From NCBI RefSeq assembly GCF_004010195.1, contig NC_057756.1, positions 6,132,554-6,174,466 on the forward strand: 41,913 nucleotides of DNA. The letters run 5' to 3'. Numbering within the stretch: the first letter of the stretch is position 1; the number at the start of each line of letters is the position of its first letter. The notes beneath the pieces are model-generated. The model was not told the origin of the DNA and did no database searches. It saw only the letters and a program-made list of their open reading frames with translations. This DNA comes from Chiloscyllium plagiosum (taxonomy: Eukaryota). Shown in pieces: positions 1-11,323 of this stretch. A program made the translations under genes and the position numbers.

Positions 1-373
1 GACCCTGGGGGTATAACCAGTTTGTGTCACAATTCCAATGCCCCGGTTCCTTTAACCACAGGCCTCAAATCCATTTTAAACCAATGAACCTTCCACTGGA
101 ACAGTCATCACTCTCTTTTGCTCCTTCCTCCCCCTTTCCCTCTCTCTCCCCGTCTCACTCTTTCACTCTCTCTCTCGAAAATTTAGTTTAATTATTACAG
201 GATGAATGAATTGCTGACCATCACTGCGACATTGAAATACACAGACATCACTGCAGAGCAGTTGACCAGAGGCTAGAAACATTAATAAACACGTAAGCAC
301 AGCAAGATCCCACAAGCAGCAATCTAACCCCACACACATCGTGGGTGATGCTGGTTAAGGGTTTACGTATTTG

Positions 374-1037
374 TGTCAAATCCCAAGATCCCAGTTATCT
401 TAGCCCTAGGGTTCAAATCTGTTCAAAACGACAAGGCCACAATCCGACAGGACCCAGTTAACCAGAGATCCCGGTGTTAGAAACAAAACTCACTTATAAA
501 TCTGCCGGAGACAAAGCCCTGGAAACAAGGACAATTTATTACAAATTTACAAGTCTGGTCACTCCCTATTGCTGGCCTGGTGATGAGTGCAAGGATATCA
601 ATTATGCAATCATTTTTGTACAGTCTGTGTGTCGCCGGCCCACATTCCTTTTTCCTATTCCTACCCTATCATAATCATTTATTTCATTTCATTCCCTTAT
701 TTGGCCTAACCTTAAGATGATTACCTCACTTGTTTTTCTCTTTCCTTATCTCAGTACGAGGCTGTCCCGTGACCTTGGAAAAATACCCTTACTTTCTGCT
801 ACAACATTCCATAGTTATTTTCTAGCTTAAAACTATTTTCTTTAAAACTACTTCTTTAAAAGACCCCCTATATTCATTAAAGTCTTAGCCTTAAGTATAC
901 TACTCACTACAAGAATTCCATGACCGTTTGTATAATGTCTCATCCCTCCCCCATCTACAGAAATTACACTCCACTAGCACTTACAACAGTTACATTTCTA
1001 TATCGCCTGCAGAAAACTACATTTCTTATTTCCCACA
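374..1037 (-). mobile_element. possible solo LTR
   Basis: On the minus strand it runs TGTGGGAAATAAG...TTTGACA, with AATAAA (tttatt at ~535-540) about 160 nt before the end. No convincing TSD. Confidence 0.25.
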
Positions 1038-1152
1038 ATACTCAGTGGCATCATCTCCATAAGAGTAGGCCCAGTGGGAAATGCAGTGAAAGGTCAATGT
1101 TAACCCATGCAATAAGACTGTAAAAGACAAGTACGGTAGGTTGTGTTTATGA

Positions 1153-1840
1153 CATAGAGTTGTAAACCATAGAAACAGGCCCTTCAGCCTAACTCATCCA
1201 TGCTGACCAGGTTCCCAAAACTGAACGAGTTCCAATTGCCTGCTTTTGGCCAATATCACTCCAAACCTTTCTTATCCATGTACCTATCTAAGTGTCTTTT
1301 AAATGTCATAATTGTACTCATTTCTCCCAGTTTCTCTGGCAGCTCATTCCATATATGCACCATCCTCTGTGTGAAAATGTTGCTCCTTGAGTCCCTTTTA
1401 AATCTTTTCCTTCTCACCTTAAACCCATGGCTTCTAGTTTTGGACTCCCCTACCATGGGTAAAAGGCCTTTGCTACCCACCCTATCCATGAACCTCCATG
1501 ATTTTATAAATCTCGATAAAGTCAGCCCTGAACCTTCTACTTTCCAGGGAAAAGAGTCCTAGCTTATCCAGCTGCTCCTTTTCACGTAATCGTTTTTGCA
1601 CCCTTTCCAGTTTAATAGCATCCTTCCTATCGCAGGGAGACCTGAATTGTACACAGTACTCCAAATATGGCCTTACCATTGTCTTATACAGCCTTAACAT
1701 GACATCCCAACTCCTGTACTCAATGCTCTGACCACTGAAGGAAAGCACCTTCTCCACCACATACCTGGGATGCCATTTTCAAGGGACAATGCAACCCGAG
1801 GTCTCTCTGTTCAACAACACTCCCCAAGACCCTACCATTA
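1153..1840 (-). mobile_element. CR1 LINE 3' fragment (ORF2 C-terminus plus 3' tail)
   Basis: Minus ORFs 1482-1760 (LYKTMVRPYLEYCVQF..ERVQKR) and 1256-1489 (FTQRMVHIWNELP..FKRHLD) are typical CR1 ORF2 C-terminal motifs. Confidence 0.9.
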
Positions 1841-2040
1841 GAACAAAAAACAAAGAGAAATACAGCACAGGAACAGGCCCTTCAGCCCACTGAGCATGTA
1901 CTGAACCAGATCCTCTATCTAAACCTGTCACCTATTTTCTAAGGATCTGTATCCGCCGCTCCCTGCCCATTCATGTATCTGTCTAGATACATCTTAAATG
2001 TGCCTACCTCTACCACCTCTGCTGGCAACACATTCCAGGA
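1841..2040 (-). mobile_element. CR1 LINE 3' tail fragment
   Basis: tacagcacaggaacaggcccttcagccc...cattccagg is the reverse complement of the CR1 3' end seen elsewhere in the window. Confidence 0.75.
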
Positions 2041-2099
2041 GTTGGCCCCATAGCCTTGTCTGCTTTGGCATCACACATGCACATCGAACCATGCTGCTT

Positions 2100-2560
2100 C
2101 TAACATTCAATGTTGTTACCATCACTGAGCCCCATTACCGAGATTCTGGGGGTTAGCTTTGAGAGAATCGAGCCATATCGTGTCGACATTCACTGGCAGT
2201 ACCATCCCTGAATCACCACCTCCACCCCTCCCCCTACTCCCTGCCTCACTTACAACATTCTGAGGGTTACAATTGGGAAAGAATCTCACTATTGCCGGTT
2301 TACTCAACTGTGTTACCATGACTGAATTGCGTACTATTAGTACCCTGGGAGCTAGCATCGAGAGAGAATCTAAACATGGCATCCTTGATATTCAATGGCA
2401 TTACCATTACTGAATCCCCCACTGTCAAATTCTTGGGAGTTACCATTGAGCGAGAATTCAAGCATCATCTCTTGACCATCTGCTGTTCTATGCTGTCACC
2501 ATCTTAGAAACCCTCCAATATCAACATCCTCGGGGTTACCTTTGAGAGAGAATCAAAACT
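2100..2560 (+). repeat. degenerate tandem repeat (~5 units of ~85-100 bp) derived from LINE RT coding sequence
   Basis: Recurring taccatcactgaatccccc...ctgggggttaccattgagagagaatc. The best unit (~2390-2460) reads FNGITITESPTVKFLGVTIERE. Confidence 0.65.
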
Positions 2561-2621
2561 GTGATGAGAATTTCTGTGTCTCCCCCCACTTACACGGAGT
2601 GAGTTCCAGATTCCGGATTTT

Positions 2622-2850
2622 GGGCGGCACGGTGGCACAGTGGTTAGCACTGCTGCCTCACAGCGCCAGAGACTGGGGTTCAATTCCCGCCTCAGGCGAC
2701 TCTCTGTGTGGAGTTTGCACATTCTCCCCGTGTCTGTGTGGGTTTCCTCCGGGTGCTCCGGTTTCCTCCCATAATCCAGAAATGTGCAGGTTAGGTGAAT
2801 TGGCCATGCTAAATTGCTCGTAGTGTTAGGTGAAGGGGTAAATGTAGGTA
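2622..2850 (+). mobile_element. HE1/V-SINE (tRNA-derived), 3' truncated
   Basis: Head gggcggcacggtggcacagtggttagc (A box), ggttcaattcc (B box), and V-domain tgtgtggagtttgcacattctccccgtgtctg. Confidence 0.9.
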
Positions 2851-2909
2851 TACTTCTTAATCATGAACCCCCCCCCCACAACCAACAACCTCTGCTTTAA
2901 GGAAGCCAG

Positions 2910-3082
2910 TGCCAGTCATATGACAACAAAGTTTAAGAGACATTTAGACAGGCACCTACACAGACAAGGAATAACTGGATACAGATGGTGTGCAGGAAGA
3001 TGGGTTTAGTTTACAATGTCATTTTGATTAGTACGAACATGGTGGGCCAAAGGGCCAGTTCCTATGTTGTACTGTTCTATTA
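2910..3082 (+). mobile_element. CR1 LINE 3' tail fragment
   Basis: tttaagagacatttagaca...gggccaaagggccagttcctatgttgtactgttctat. Confidence 0.7.
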
Positions 3083-3134
3083 CTTCAAGAAGAGTGGATC
3101 TGTAGTTGTGAATAAGATTACTTCCTTTGATTAA

Positions 3135-3499
3135 AGTCATAGAATCATAGATTCCCTCATGTGGAAACAGGTCCTTTGGCACAACAAGTCCACACTGACC
3201 CTCTGAAGAGTAACCCAACTTCACCCATTCCCCTACCTTATTACCCTACATTTTAAGCCTAACTAATGCACCTAACCTACACATCGCTGAATGCTATGAG
3301 CAATTTAGCATGGCTAATTCACCTAACCTGCACCTTTGAATCTGGGAGGAAACTGGAGCACCTGGAGGAAACCCACGCAAACACGGGGAAAATTTGCAAA
3401 AAGAAGCTCCACACAAACAGTCTGCCAAGGTTAAAATTGAACTCAGGTCCCTGGCGCTGTGAGGCAACAGTGCTAACCACTGAGCCAACATGCCAACCC
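3135..3499 (-). mobile_element. HE1/V-SINE
   Basis: Reverse-complement homologue of 2622-2850, with a CR1-like tail (catagaatcataga). Confidence 0.88.
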
Positions 3500-3598
3500 T
3501 TGTGCTATAAATTGAAGGAGCTAATCCTTTGTTTTTTGACTTTAATGACTGTCTTAAAACAGGGGATCAATCAATGCGGGCTTTCAGAGTAGCGGGAT

Positions 3599-5858
3599 AT
3601 GGATGTTAGGGCAGTTGCATGTTCCTCCTGCAGAATGTGGCAGGTGAGAGACATGGTGTCTCTGTGACTACATCTGCGGGAAGTGCACCTAACTCCAGCT
3701 CCTCGAACTGAGTTAGGGAACTAGAGCTGGAGCTGGATGAACAACAGATCATCCAGGAGGCTGAGGGAGAAATTGAGAGGATTGACAGGGAGGTGGTCAC
3801 TCCCCAGACACAGGATACGGGCAGCTGGGTTAGAGTCAGGGAAGGCAACCGACGATCAGAGCAGGGATCCTATGTGGCCATTCCCCTCAGCAAAAAACAC
3901 TGTTTTGGATTCTGCAGGTGGGGGTGGTCTCTGGCTCTGGCACTGTGGCTCAGAAGGGAAGGGGGGAGAATAGAAAAGTGCTAGTGGTAGGGGACTCAAT
4001 AGTCAGACGGATTGACAGGAGAGTTTGTGGTCAGGAACGGGACTCCCGGAAGGTATATTGCCTCCCAGGTGCCAGGGTCTGAGATGTCGCCGATCGGGTT
4101 TACGGGATTCTGAAGGGGGAGGGGGAGTAGCCAGAAATCGTGGTACATATTGGCACCAATGATATAGCCAGGAAAGGGATTGACGATCTCAAAAGTGACA
4201 ACAGCGAGTTAGGTTGGAAGCTGAAGAGCAGGACGAGTACAGTAGTGACCTCAGGTTTGCTACCGGTGGCATGAGATAGTGAGGTGAGGAACAGGCAGCG
4301 AATGCAGCTTAACACTTGGCTGCGAGGCTGGTGCAGGAGGGAGGGCTTCAGATACCCTGATCATTGGGATACCTTTTGGTGAAAGTGGGACCTGTACATG
4401 AAGGACGGGTTGCACCTGAACTGGAGGGGCACAAATGTCCTGGGTGGGAGATTTACTAGTGTGGTTCGGGAGGGTTTAAACAAGTTTGGCGGGGGGCTGG
4501 GAATCAGAGCCACATGTCTGAGAGGGGGGCAGTTGCAGATGGGGCAATGACAGGATGTACTGAATCTATCAGGAAGGTTTCTCATGCAATTAAACAAAAG
4601 GATGGATTATAGTGCATCTGCTTTAACACAAGGAGTGTCAGAAATAAGAGTGACGAATTTAGAGCATGGATCAGTACTTGGGACTATTATATTGTGGCCA
4701 TAACATAAACGTGGGTTTCACAGGGTCAGGAACGGTTGCTTGATGTTTCAGGGTTTAGAACGTTTAAAAAGAACAGGGAGGGTGGAAAAAGAGGAGGGTG
4801 TGAATCAGCGAGTGCATCACAGCTACAGAAATGAAGGTTGTTGAGGAAGGTTTGTCTACTGAGTCAGTAAGGGTGGAAGTGAAGAACAGCAAAGGAGCAG
4901 CCACCTCATTAGGGGTTTTCTACAGACCCCCTAATAGCAGTAGAGAGATTGAAGAATTCATAGGCCGGCAGCTTTTGGAAAATGCAGAAGTAGCAGGGTT
5001 GTTGTTATGGATGATTTCAACTTTCCCAATATCGACTGGAACCTCCTAAGTGCAGATGGTTTGGATGGAGCCGTTTTTGTCAGGTGTGTTCAGGAGAGTT
5101 TCCTTACTCAGTATGGAGACAGACCGACGAGGGGAGAGGCCATTTTGGATTTGGTGCTGGCAAAGAGCCAGGACAGGTGTCAGATCTCGTGGTGGGAGAG
5201 TACTTTGGTGACACTGATCACAACTGCCTCACATTTATCATAGCCTTGGAGAGGGAAAGGAACAGTTACCAAGGGAAGATATTTAATTGGGGAACAGGAA
5301 ATTATGACGCTATCAGACAGGAGTTGGGAAGTACAGACTGGGAGCAATTGTTCCACAGAAAGGGTACAGCAGACATGTGGAGACTATTTAAGAAACAGTT
5401 GTTATGAGTTATGCACAAATTTGTTCCTCTGAGGCAGGTAAGATTAAGGAACCTTGGATGATAAGAACAGAGGAGCTTCTCAGCAAAAGGAAGAAGGCAG
5501 CTTACGCAAGGTGGAGGAAGCAAGGATCTAGCACAGTTTGAGAGGATTACAGGCTTGCTAGAAAGGAGCTCAGAAATGGACTGAGGAGAGCCAGGAGGGG
5601 GCACGAAAAAGGCTTGGCAAGAAGGATTAAGGAGAACCCAAAGGCATTTTACTCATACGTGAGGAATAAGAGAATGATCAGGGAGAAGGTAGGGCCGATC
5701 AGGGATATTATAGAAAACTTGTCCATGGAGTCTGAGCCAATAGGGGAAACCCTAAATGAGTTTTTTGCTTCAGTTTTCACTCAGGAAAGGGACCTTGTTG
5801 TGAATGAGAACTTTCAGGAGTTGGGATACCCGGCTTGACCAGATCAAGATTGATGAAT
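3599..5858 (+). mobile_element. CR1 LINE 5' part: decayed ORF1 (zinc finger/leucine zipper plus SGNH esterase) and ORF2 APE endonuclease
   Basis: ATG at 3599 gives MDVRAVACSSCRMWQV..RELELELDE. The esterase reads VVGDSIVR..CLPGARV..VVHIGTND. The APE reads CFNTRSVRNK..GVFYRPPNS..DFNFPNIDW..PTRGEAILDLV..DHN. Many stops and frameshifts. Confidence 0.9.
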
Positions 5859-5869
5859 TTGCTGGACAC

Positions 5870-6140
5870 CATTGGTCACAGGTCTCTAGTCTGAATAACA
5901 ACCCTCTACCACCACCCTCTGCCTCCTCACCAGCCCCACAGCCTTGAATGTTATGACATTTCGAGCCCTGCCTGATCCAAGTACTTTTTAAACGTTGGGA
6001 CATTTCCCGCCTTAACTACCCTCCCAGACAGTGCATTCCAGATCTCCACGCTCCCTCTGGGTGAATTTTCTTCCCCTCAAATCACCTCCAAACCTTCACT
6101 TGAAAATTATTGCCCTCCTCGTTATTGACCCTGTGCCTTA
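5870..6140 (-). mobile_element. old CR1 3' fragment
   Basis: tccaagtactttttaaa..actaccctcccagacagtgcattccagatctccac..ctctgggtgaa, which reads F.QR.VEIWNAL-like on the minus strand. Confidence 0.6.
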
Positions 6141-6529
6141 TAAGAACAGAACTTTGCAACCGTTAAGCAAAGTGCACAGAGTGTAATTGACTCCCACGTC
6201 ACCTTTGAGCTGTGCCTGATCAATGAAATGATTTGTTGTGACAATGCAAGTCCTCAACACCGCCATAGGCTTGCTGAATCACTGATGCTGAGATATCAGA
6301 GAAACTCAGACTAACACAAGTGGTCCCGATTTTTGTGCCTCACCCCTCGTTCCTGCTATTGCAGATTAAAAACCAACCTCAGTTTTGATACACAGAAACA
6401 GAAAACCTCACTTTGTTATTGCACATAGACACACAGATAGAACATTCCCCCACTGGACAGCAGCATAGGCTCTACCGAGATCAAACTGACCCACAGAGAA
6501 GAACATTGGGAGGGGCAGTGGTGCGTTTT

Positions 6530-7130
6530 ATTTTTACGTTCATTTACCAAATGTGGGCTTTATTGTCCATCCCTAATTGCCCCAGAGGGTGGTTAGGTGT
6601 CAACCACATTACTGTGAGATCTGGAGTCACATGTAGGTTCAGATCCTGGTAGAGACAGGTGAAATCCCCTCCCCTCCCCAAAAGGACATTTAAAAATAAT
6701 CATTCAGAGGGCGAGGGCATCGCTGGCCAGGCCACCATTTATCACCCAACCCTAATTGCCCCAGAAGGCAGTTAAAAGTCAACTACATTGCTGTGGATCT
6801 AAAGTCACATGTAAGCCAGACCAGGTAAGGATGGTAGATTTCCTTCCCTAAAAGGCATTGGGAACCGGAATTTTCTGACAATCAGCAATGCTTTCATGGT
6901 CACCATCAACTCTTAATTCCAGATTTTTATTCAATTCAAATTCCGCTATCTGCCATGGGAGGATTCGAACCAGGATCCTGAGAACATTACCTGGGTCTCT
7001 GGCCAACAATAATACCACGAGGTCATCACCTCCCCTTACATTGGTAAATTCATAAATCAGGGGAGTTTTTTTTGACTATGGTCATCATGAGATACTTAAT
7101 TTCAGATTTTTAAAAATTTAATTCAAACTG
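6530..7130 (-). mobile_element. two nested copies of a tRNA-derived SINE family (younger copy ~6691-7037 inside an older copy)
   Basis: Duplicated ccctaattgcccc..caaccacatt.ctgtg..tctggagtcacatgtagg. B-box-like ggttcgaatcc on the minus strand at ~6961-6971. acatt is duplicated at 6686-6690 and 7038-7042. Confidence 0.7.
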
Positions 7131-7233
7131 CCTCTATCTCACAATGTTCAAACATCTGAACAGCAACTCGGAAGCAGAGGAGACACAAAACTGTCGATGA
7201 CACAGCTTCACCTCTCAAAATGACTTTTTCGCA

Positions 7234-7590
7234 AATAGGAAAATGCTTATGGGATATGGAGAACGCCATTCTGCCCCTTGAGCCAATTCTGTCATTCAAT
7301 AGCTGATCTGAGGTCTAACTTCATCAACGTGCCTTTGGCTCCTATTCACTTAAAACTTCGGCTTAACAAAACCTTACCTCTCTCAGATTAAAAACTAACA
7401 ACTGATCCAGTACCCACTGCTGTTTGTAAAAGAGAGTTCCAACCCTTCTCCCAGCCTATGTGTGTAGATGTGCTTCCTAAACTCTCACCTAGCTCTAATT
7501 GTCAGACTATCTCTCCCTAGTTCTAGAATCACTAACCAGTAGAAGTACTCTATAAAGTAAAACTTAACTCTCTGCAGTATCTTAAGTATC
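7234..7590 (-). mobile_element. old CR1 3' fragment
   Basis: gccattctgccccttgagcc..ttcaat..gctgatct and agagagttccaa motifs of a CR1 tail, reversed. Confidence 0.6.
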
Positions 7591-8391
7591 TTAATTACAG
7601 ATCAGTCAGTCTTTTGTCTGTGGTCAGCAAAGTTTTGGAAAGAATTCTGAGGGATGGGATTTATGACTATTTAGAAAAGCATCGCATGATTAAAGGCAGT
7701 CCGCATGGCTTTGTGATGGGCTGGTCATGCCTCACAAATCTTATTGAGTTATTAGAGGAGGTGATGAGACAGATCGACAAAGGTTGAACAGTGCATATGT
7801 GGTGTACATGGACTTCAGCAAGGCATTTGATAAGGTTCTGCATGTTAGGCTCATTCATAAAGTCAGGAAGTATGGGATACAGGGAGATTTGGCTGTCTGG
7901 ATTCAAAATTGGTTGGCTGACAGAAGGCAGAGAGTGGCTGTAGATGGAAAGTATTCTGCCTGGAAGACAGTGTTGAGTGGGATCACACAGGGCTCTGTTC
8001 TTGGGCCTCTGCTCTTTGTAGTTTTATAAATGACTTGGATGAGGAGGTTAAGAGGTGGGTTAGTAAATTTGCAGATGACACAAAGGTAGGAGGTGCCATT
8101 GATAATATCGAGGGCTATTGCAGGCTGCAGCAAACATAGACGGATTCAGAGCTGGGCTGAGAAATGGAAGATGGAGTTCAACCTGGATAAATGCGAAGTG
8201 ATGCATTTTGGAAAGTCAAACTTGAATGATGAATATAGGATTAAAGAAAGGATTCTTGGCAGTGTGGAGGAACAGAGGGATCTGGGTGCGCAAGTACATA
8301 GATCCCTCAAAGTTGCCACACAAGTGGATAGGGTTGTTAAGAAAACATATGGTATTTTGGCTTTCATTAACAGGGGGATCGAGTTTAAGAG

Positions 8392-8755
8392 GGACTTCCG
8401 CCTCGGAACACTTCAACCCCAGGGCATCAATGTGGACTTCACCAGTTTCCTCATTTCCCCTCCCACCACCTTACCCCAGTTCCCACCTTCCAGCTCAGCA
8501 CCATCTCCATGACCTGTCCTACCTGCCAATCTTCCTTCCCACCTATCTGCTCCACCTTCCTTTCTGACCTGCCACCTTCATCCCTAGCCCCATCCACTTA
8601 TTGTACTCTTAGCTACCTTCTCCCCAGCCCCATCTCCCTCCCTGGACTTTCCCTGCCTTCAGTCCTGATGAAGGACTTTTGCCCGAAACGTGCTTTTTCC
8701 TGCTCCTCAGATGCTGCCTGACCTGCTGTGCTTTTCCAGCACCACTCCAATCTAG
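8392..8755 (+). mobile_element. Penelope-derived 3' fragment with degenerate hammerhead motif
   Basis: FRLGTLQPQGINVDFTSF (GIY-YIG C-terminus). ctgatga..gaaac at 8665-8689. Flanked by an imperfect ~15-bp duplication, gatcgagtttaagag / gatcaagtttgggag. Confidence 0.75.
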
Positions 8756-8947
8756 ATCAAGTTTGGGAGCCGCAAGGTTTTGCTAGAACTCTGCAAGACC
8801 CTGGTGAGACTGCACTTGGAATATTGTGTCCAGTTCTGGTCACCCAATTATAGGAAAGATACGGAGGCTTTGGAGAGGGTGCAAAGAAGGTTTACCAGGA
8901 TGCTGCCTTGATTGGACGGCTTGTCATACAAAGAGAGTTTGAATAAG

Positions 8948-9851
8948 ATATTTCATCCCCTGTCTAGGTGACATCCTCAGTGCTTGAGAGCCTCCTATGA
9001 AGCGCTTTTGTGTTGTTTCCTCCGGCATTTATAGTGGTTTGTCTCTGCCGCCTCCAGTTGTCAGTTCCAGTTGTCCGCTGCAGTGACCGGTACATTGCAT
9101 CCAGGTCAATGTGTTTGTTGATAGAATCTGTGGGTGAGTGCCATGCCTCTAGGAATTCCCTGGCTGTTCTCTGGCTTGTCCTATAATAGTAGTGTTGTCC
9201 CAGTCGAACTCATGTTGCTTGTCATTTGCGTGTGTGGCTACTAAGAATAGCTGGTCGTGTCGTTTCGTGGCTAGTTGGTGTTCATGGATACGGATCATTA
9301 GATGTCTTCCTGTTTGTCCTATGTAGTGTTTTGTGCAGTCCTTGCATGGGATTTTGTACACCACATTGGTTTTGCTCATGCACAAAACACTGCATAGCAC
9401 AAACAGGAAGACAGTCAACGATCCGTATCCATGAACATCAACTAGCCACGAAACGACACGACCAGCTATCCTTAGTATCCACACACGCAGTTGACAAGCA
9501 ACATGAATTCGACTGGAACAACACTACTATTATAGGACAAGCCAAACAGAGAACAGCCAGGGGATTCCTAGAGGCATGGCACTCATCCACAGATTCTATC
9601 AACAAACACATCGACCTGGACCCAATATACCGGCCACTGCAGCGGACAGCTGGAACTGACAATCGGAAGCGGCAGAGACAAACCACTATAAATGCCGGAG
9701 GAAACAACACAGAAGCGCTTCACAGGAGGCTGTCAAGCACTGAGGATGTCACCTAGACAGGGGACGAAACGTCTGCAACACAAATTCCCAGCTCGGCGAA
9801 CAGAACCACAACAACGAGCACCCAAGCTACAAATCTTCTCACAGACTTTGA
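8948..9851. mobile_element. Penelope-like element 3' end (GIY-YIG endonuclease) with an inverted partial duplication
   Basis: NVVYKIPCKDCTKHYIGQTGR..RIHEH on the minus arm and the same domain on the plus arm. Perfect 14-bp TSD agagtttgaataag at 8934-8947 and 9852-9865. Confidence 0.92.
9737..9776 (+). ncRNA. minimal type I hammerhead ribozyme motif in the Penelope terminal repeat
   Basis: gca-CTGAGGA-tgtcacctagacaggggac-GAAA-C-GTC-tgc: both catalytic boxes, stem II, a minimal palindromic stem III and a GUC cleavage triplet. Confidence 0.75.
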
Positions 9852-10769
9852 AGAGTTTGAATAAGCTCGGACTTTTCTCTCTGGAGAGAAGGAAGCGAGG
9901 TGACCTGATCGAGATGTACAAGGTAATGAGAGGTATGGATAGAGTCAATAGTCAGAGACTTTTCCCCAGGGCAGGATTGACTGCCACAAGGGGTCATAGT
10001 TTTAAGATATTAGGAGGAAGGTATAGAGGGATCGTCAGAAGAAAGTTTTTTACGCAGAGAGTTGTGAATGCATGGAATGCTTTGCCAGTGGTGGTGGTGG
10101 AATCAGCGTCATTAGGGACATTTAAGCAACGGCTGGACATGTACATGGATAGCAGTGAATTGAGGGATGCATAGGTTAGGTTATTTTATTTTAGGTTAGG
10201 AATAATCCTCAGCACAACATCGTGGGCAGAAGGGCCTGTTCTGTCCTGTACTTTTCTATGCCCACTTCCCCCCTTTTGATCTGATTGCATTGCGAATCAT
10301 GAATGGGATGGACAAGTATGATTTGGCTGTAATATTACAGAAGGATTAGGGAGTGGTATTTTTACCCCAGTGCGATTCCAGCAGCAATCATTTTGCATGC
10401 TTTGTTCTGCGCATGTGCCAATGTCAGTTGCTGTCAGAGCATGGGATATGTACAGTACAATGCATTGAGCAGCTGCATCTCAAACATTAAAGTAATGAAT
10501 GTTCATTGCTCTCCTCTGACAGAAGAATATTGTTGTATATTTTCTCTCTAAGCCCCTGTATAACTGCTGCAGGACTGCATTACTCCCATACACACCATTT
10601 GCCTTTCTAATTTGTTTTTGTACCTGCATTTCACGTAATCTGAACCAACGCCCCAGAAACAGTCAGAAGGCAATCAGCCAGAGCCATCTCCTTCTGCAAC
10701 TACAACTGGTGCAGCTGGTCAGACCACATTTGGAAGTCCCTGTGTCCAGCTACTCACATGTAACGTTCA

Positions 10770-10986
10770 TGTGAGATTTGTTTCTATGACTGTAACGACT
10801 AACCTCTAACAGTGTCTTATTTATGTAAAGTAATGCAACTACCTTTCTTTCTTATTCCTGTTTTGTACCTCAGCTCTTTGTATCCAAGATGATGCTATAA
10901 GAGGTGACATGGTAAAATGTTTCCCTGTCCTCCTGTTCTTCTGTACTTGAGTGCACGTGACAATAAAGGATACTTTATTCTATTCT
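10770..10986 (+). mobile_element. probable LINE 3' end fragment
   Basis: Ends gtgcacgtgacaataaa..ttattctattct (polyA signal plus short tail repeat). Confidence 0.35.
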
Positions 10987-11194
10987 CTGACCAGTTATTG
11001 TTTTCAAGCTTTGAAAAGTTTGAGACCAAATGTGAAACAGGTTGTAGACAAAGCTTGCCTGGATTTGATTTAATCTCTTTTCTTCCTGCAGCTTGAATGA
11101 AGTTGAGAAGCCACACAACAGACAGAAGAATAAATTCCTTCACCAAAGACTTTCACAAGGGTCCATCACATCATCAGCTGCAAGATGTGAGATT

Positions 11195-11323
11195 CAAAGT
11201 TTGTGAGAAGATTTGTAGCTCGGGTGCTCGTTGCTGTGGTTCTGTTCACCGAGCTGGGAATTTGTGTTGCAGACGTTTCGTCCCCTGTCTAGGTGACATC
11301 CTCAGTGCTTGGGAGCCTCCTGT
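11195..11323 (-). mobile_element. 5'-truncated Penelope terminal fragment with intact hammerhead motif (11272-11305)
   Basis: Near-identical to the reverse complement of ~9720-9850. 11-bp TSD gatgtgagatt at 11184-11194 and 11324-11334. Confidence 0.9.

Larger units (their letters stand above)
7593..10260 (+). mobile_element. CR1 LINE ORF2 reverse transcriptase to 3' tail, interrupted by two Penelope insertions
   Basis: NYRSVSLLSVVSKVLE, YMDFSKAFDKV, QGSVLGPLLF, KFADDTK, FFTQRVVNAWNALP. Ends with ctgtacttttctatg. Confidence 0.92.

Noticed and set aside
2622..2700. tRNA-like A/B boxes
   Set aside because: These are SINE heads followed by a V domain, not tRNA genes.
6400..6500. Minus-strand mini-ORF MLLSSGECSICVSMCNNK ending at a gtgagg donor
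   Set aside because: No recognisable product or downstream exon; likely chance.
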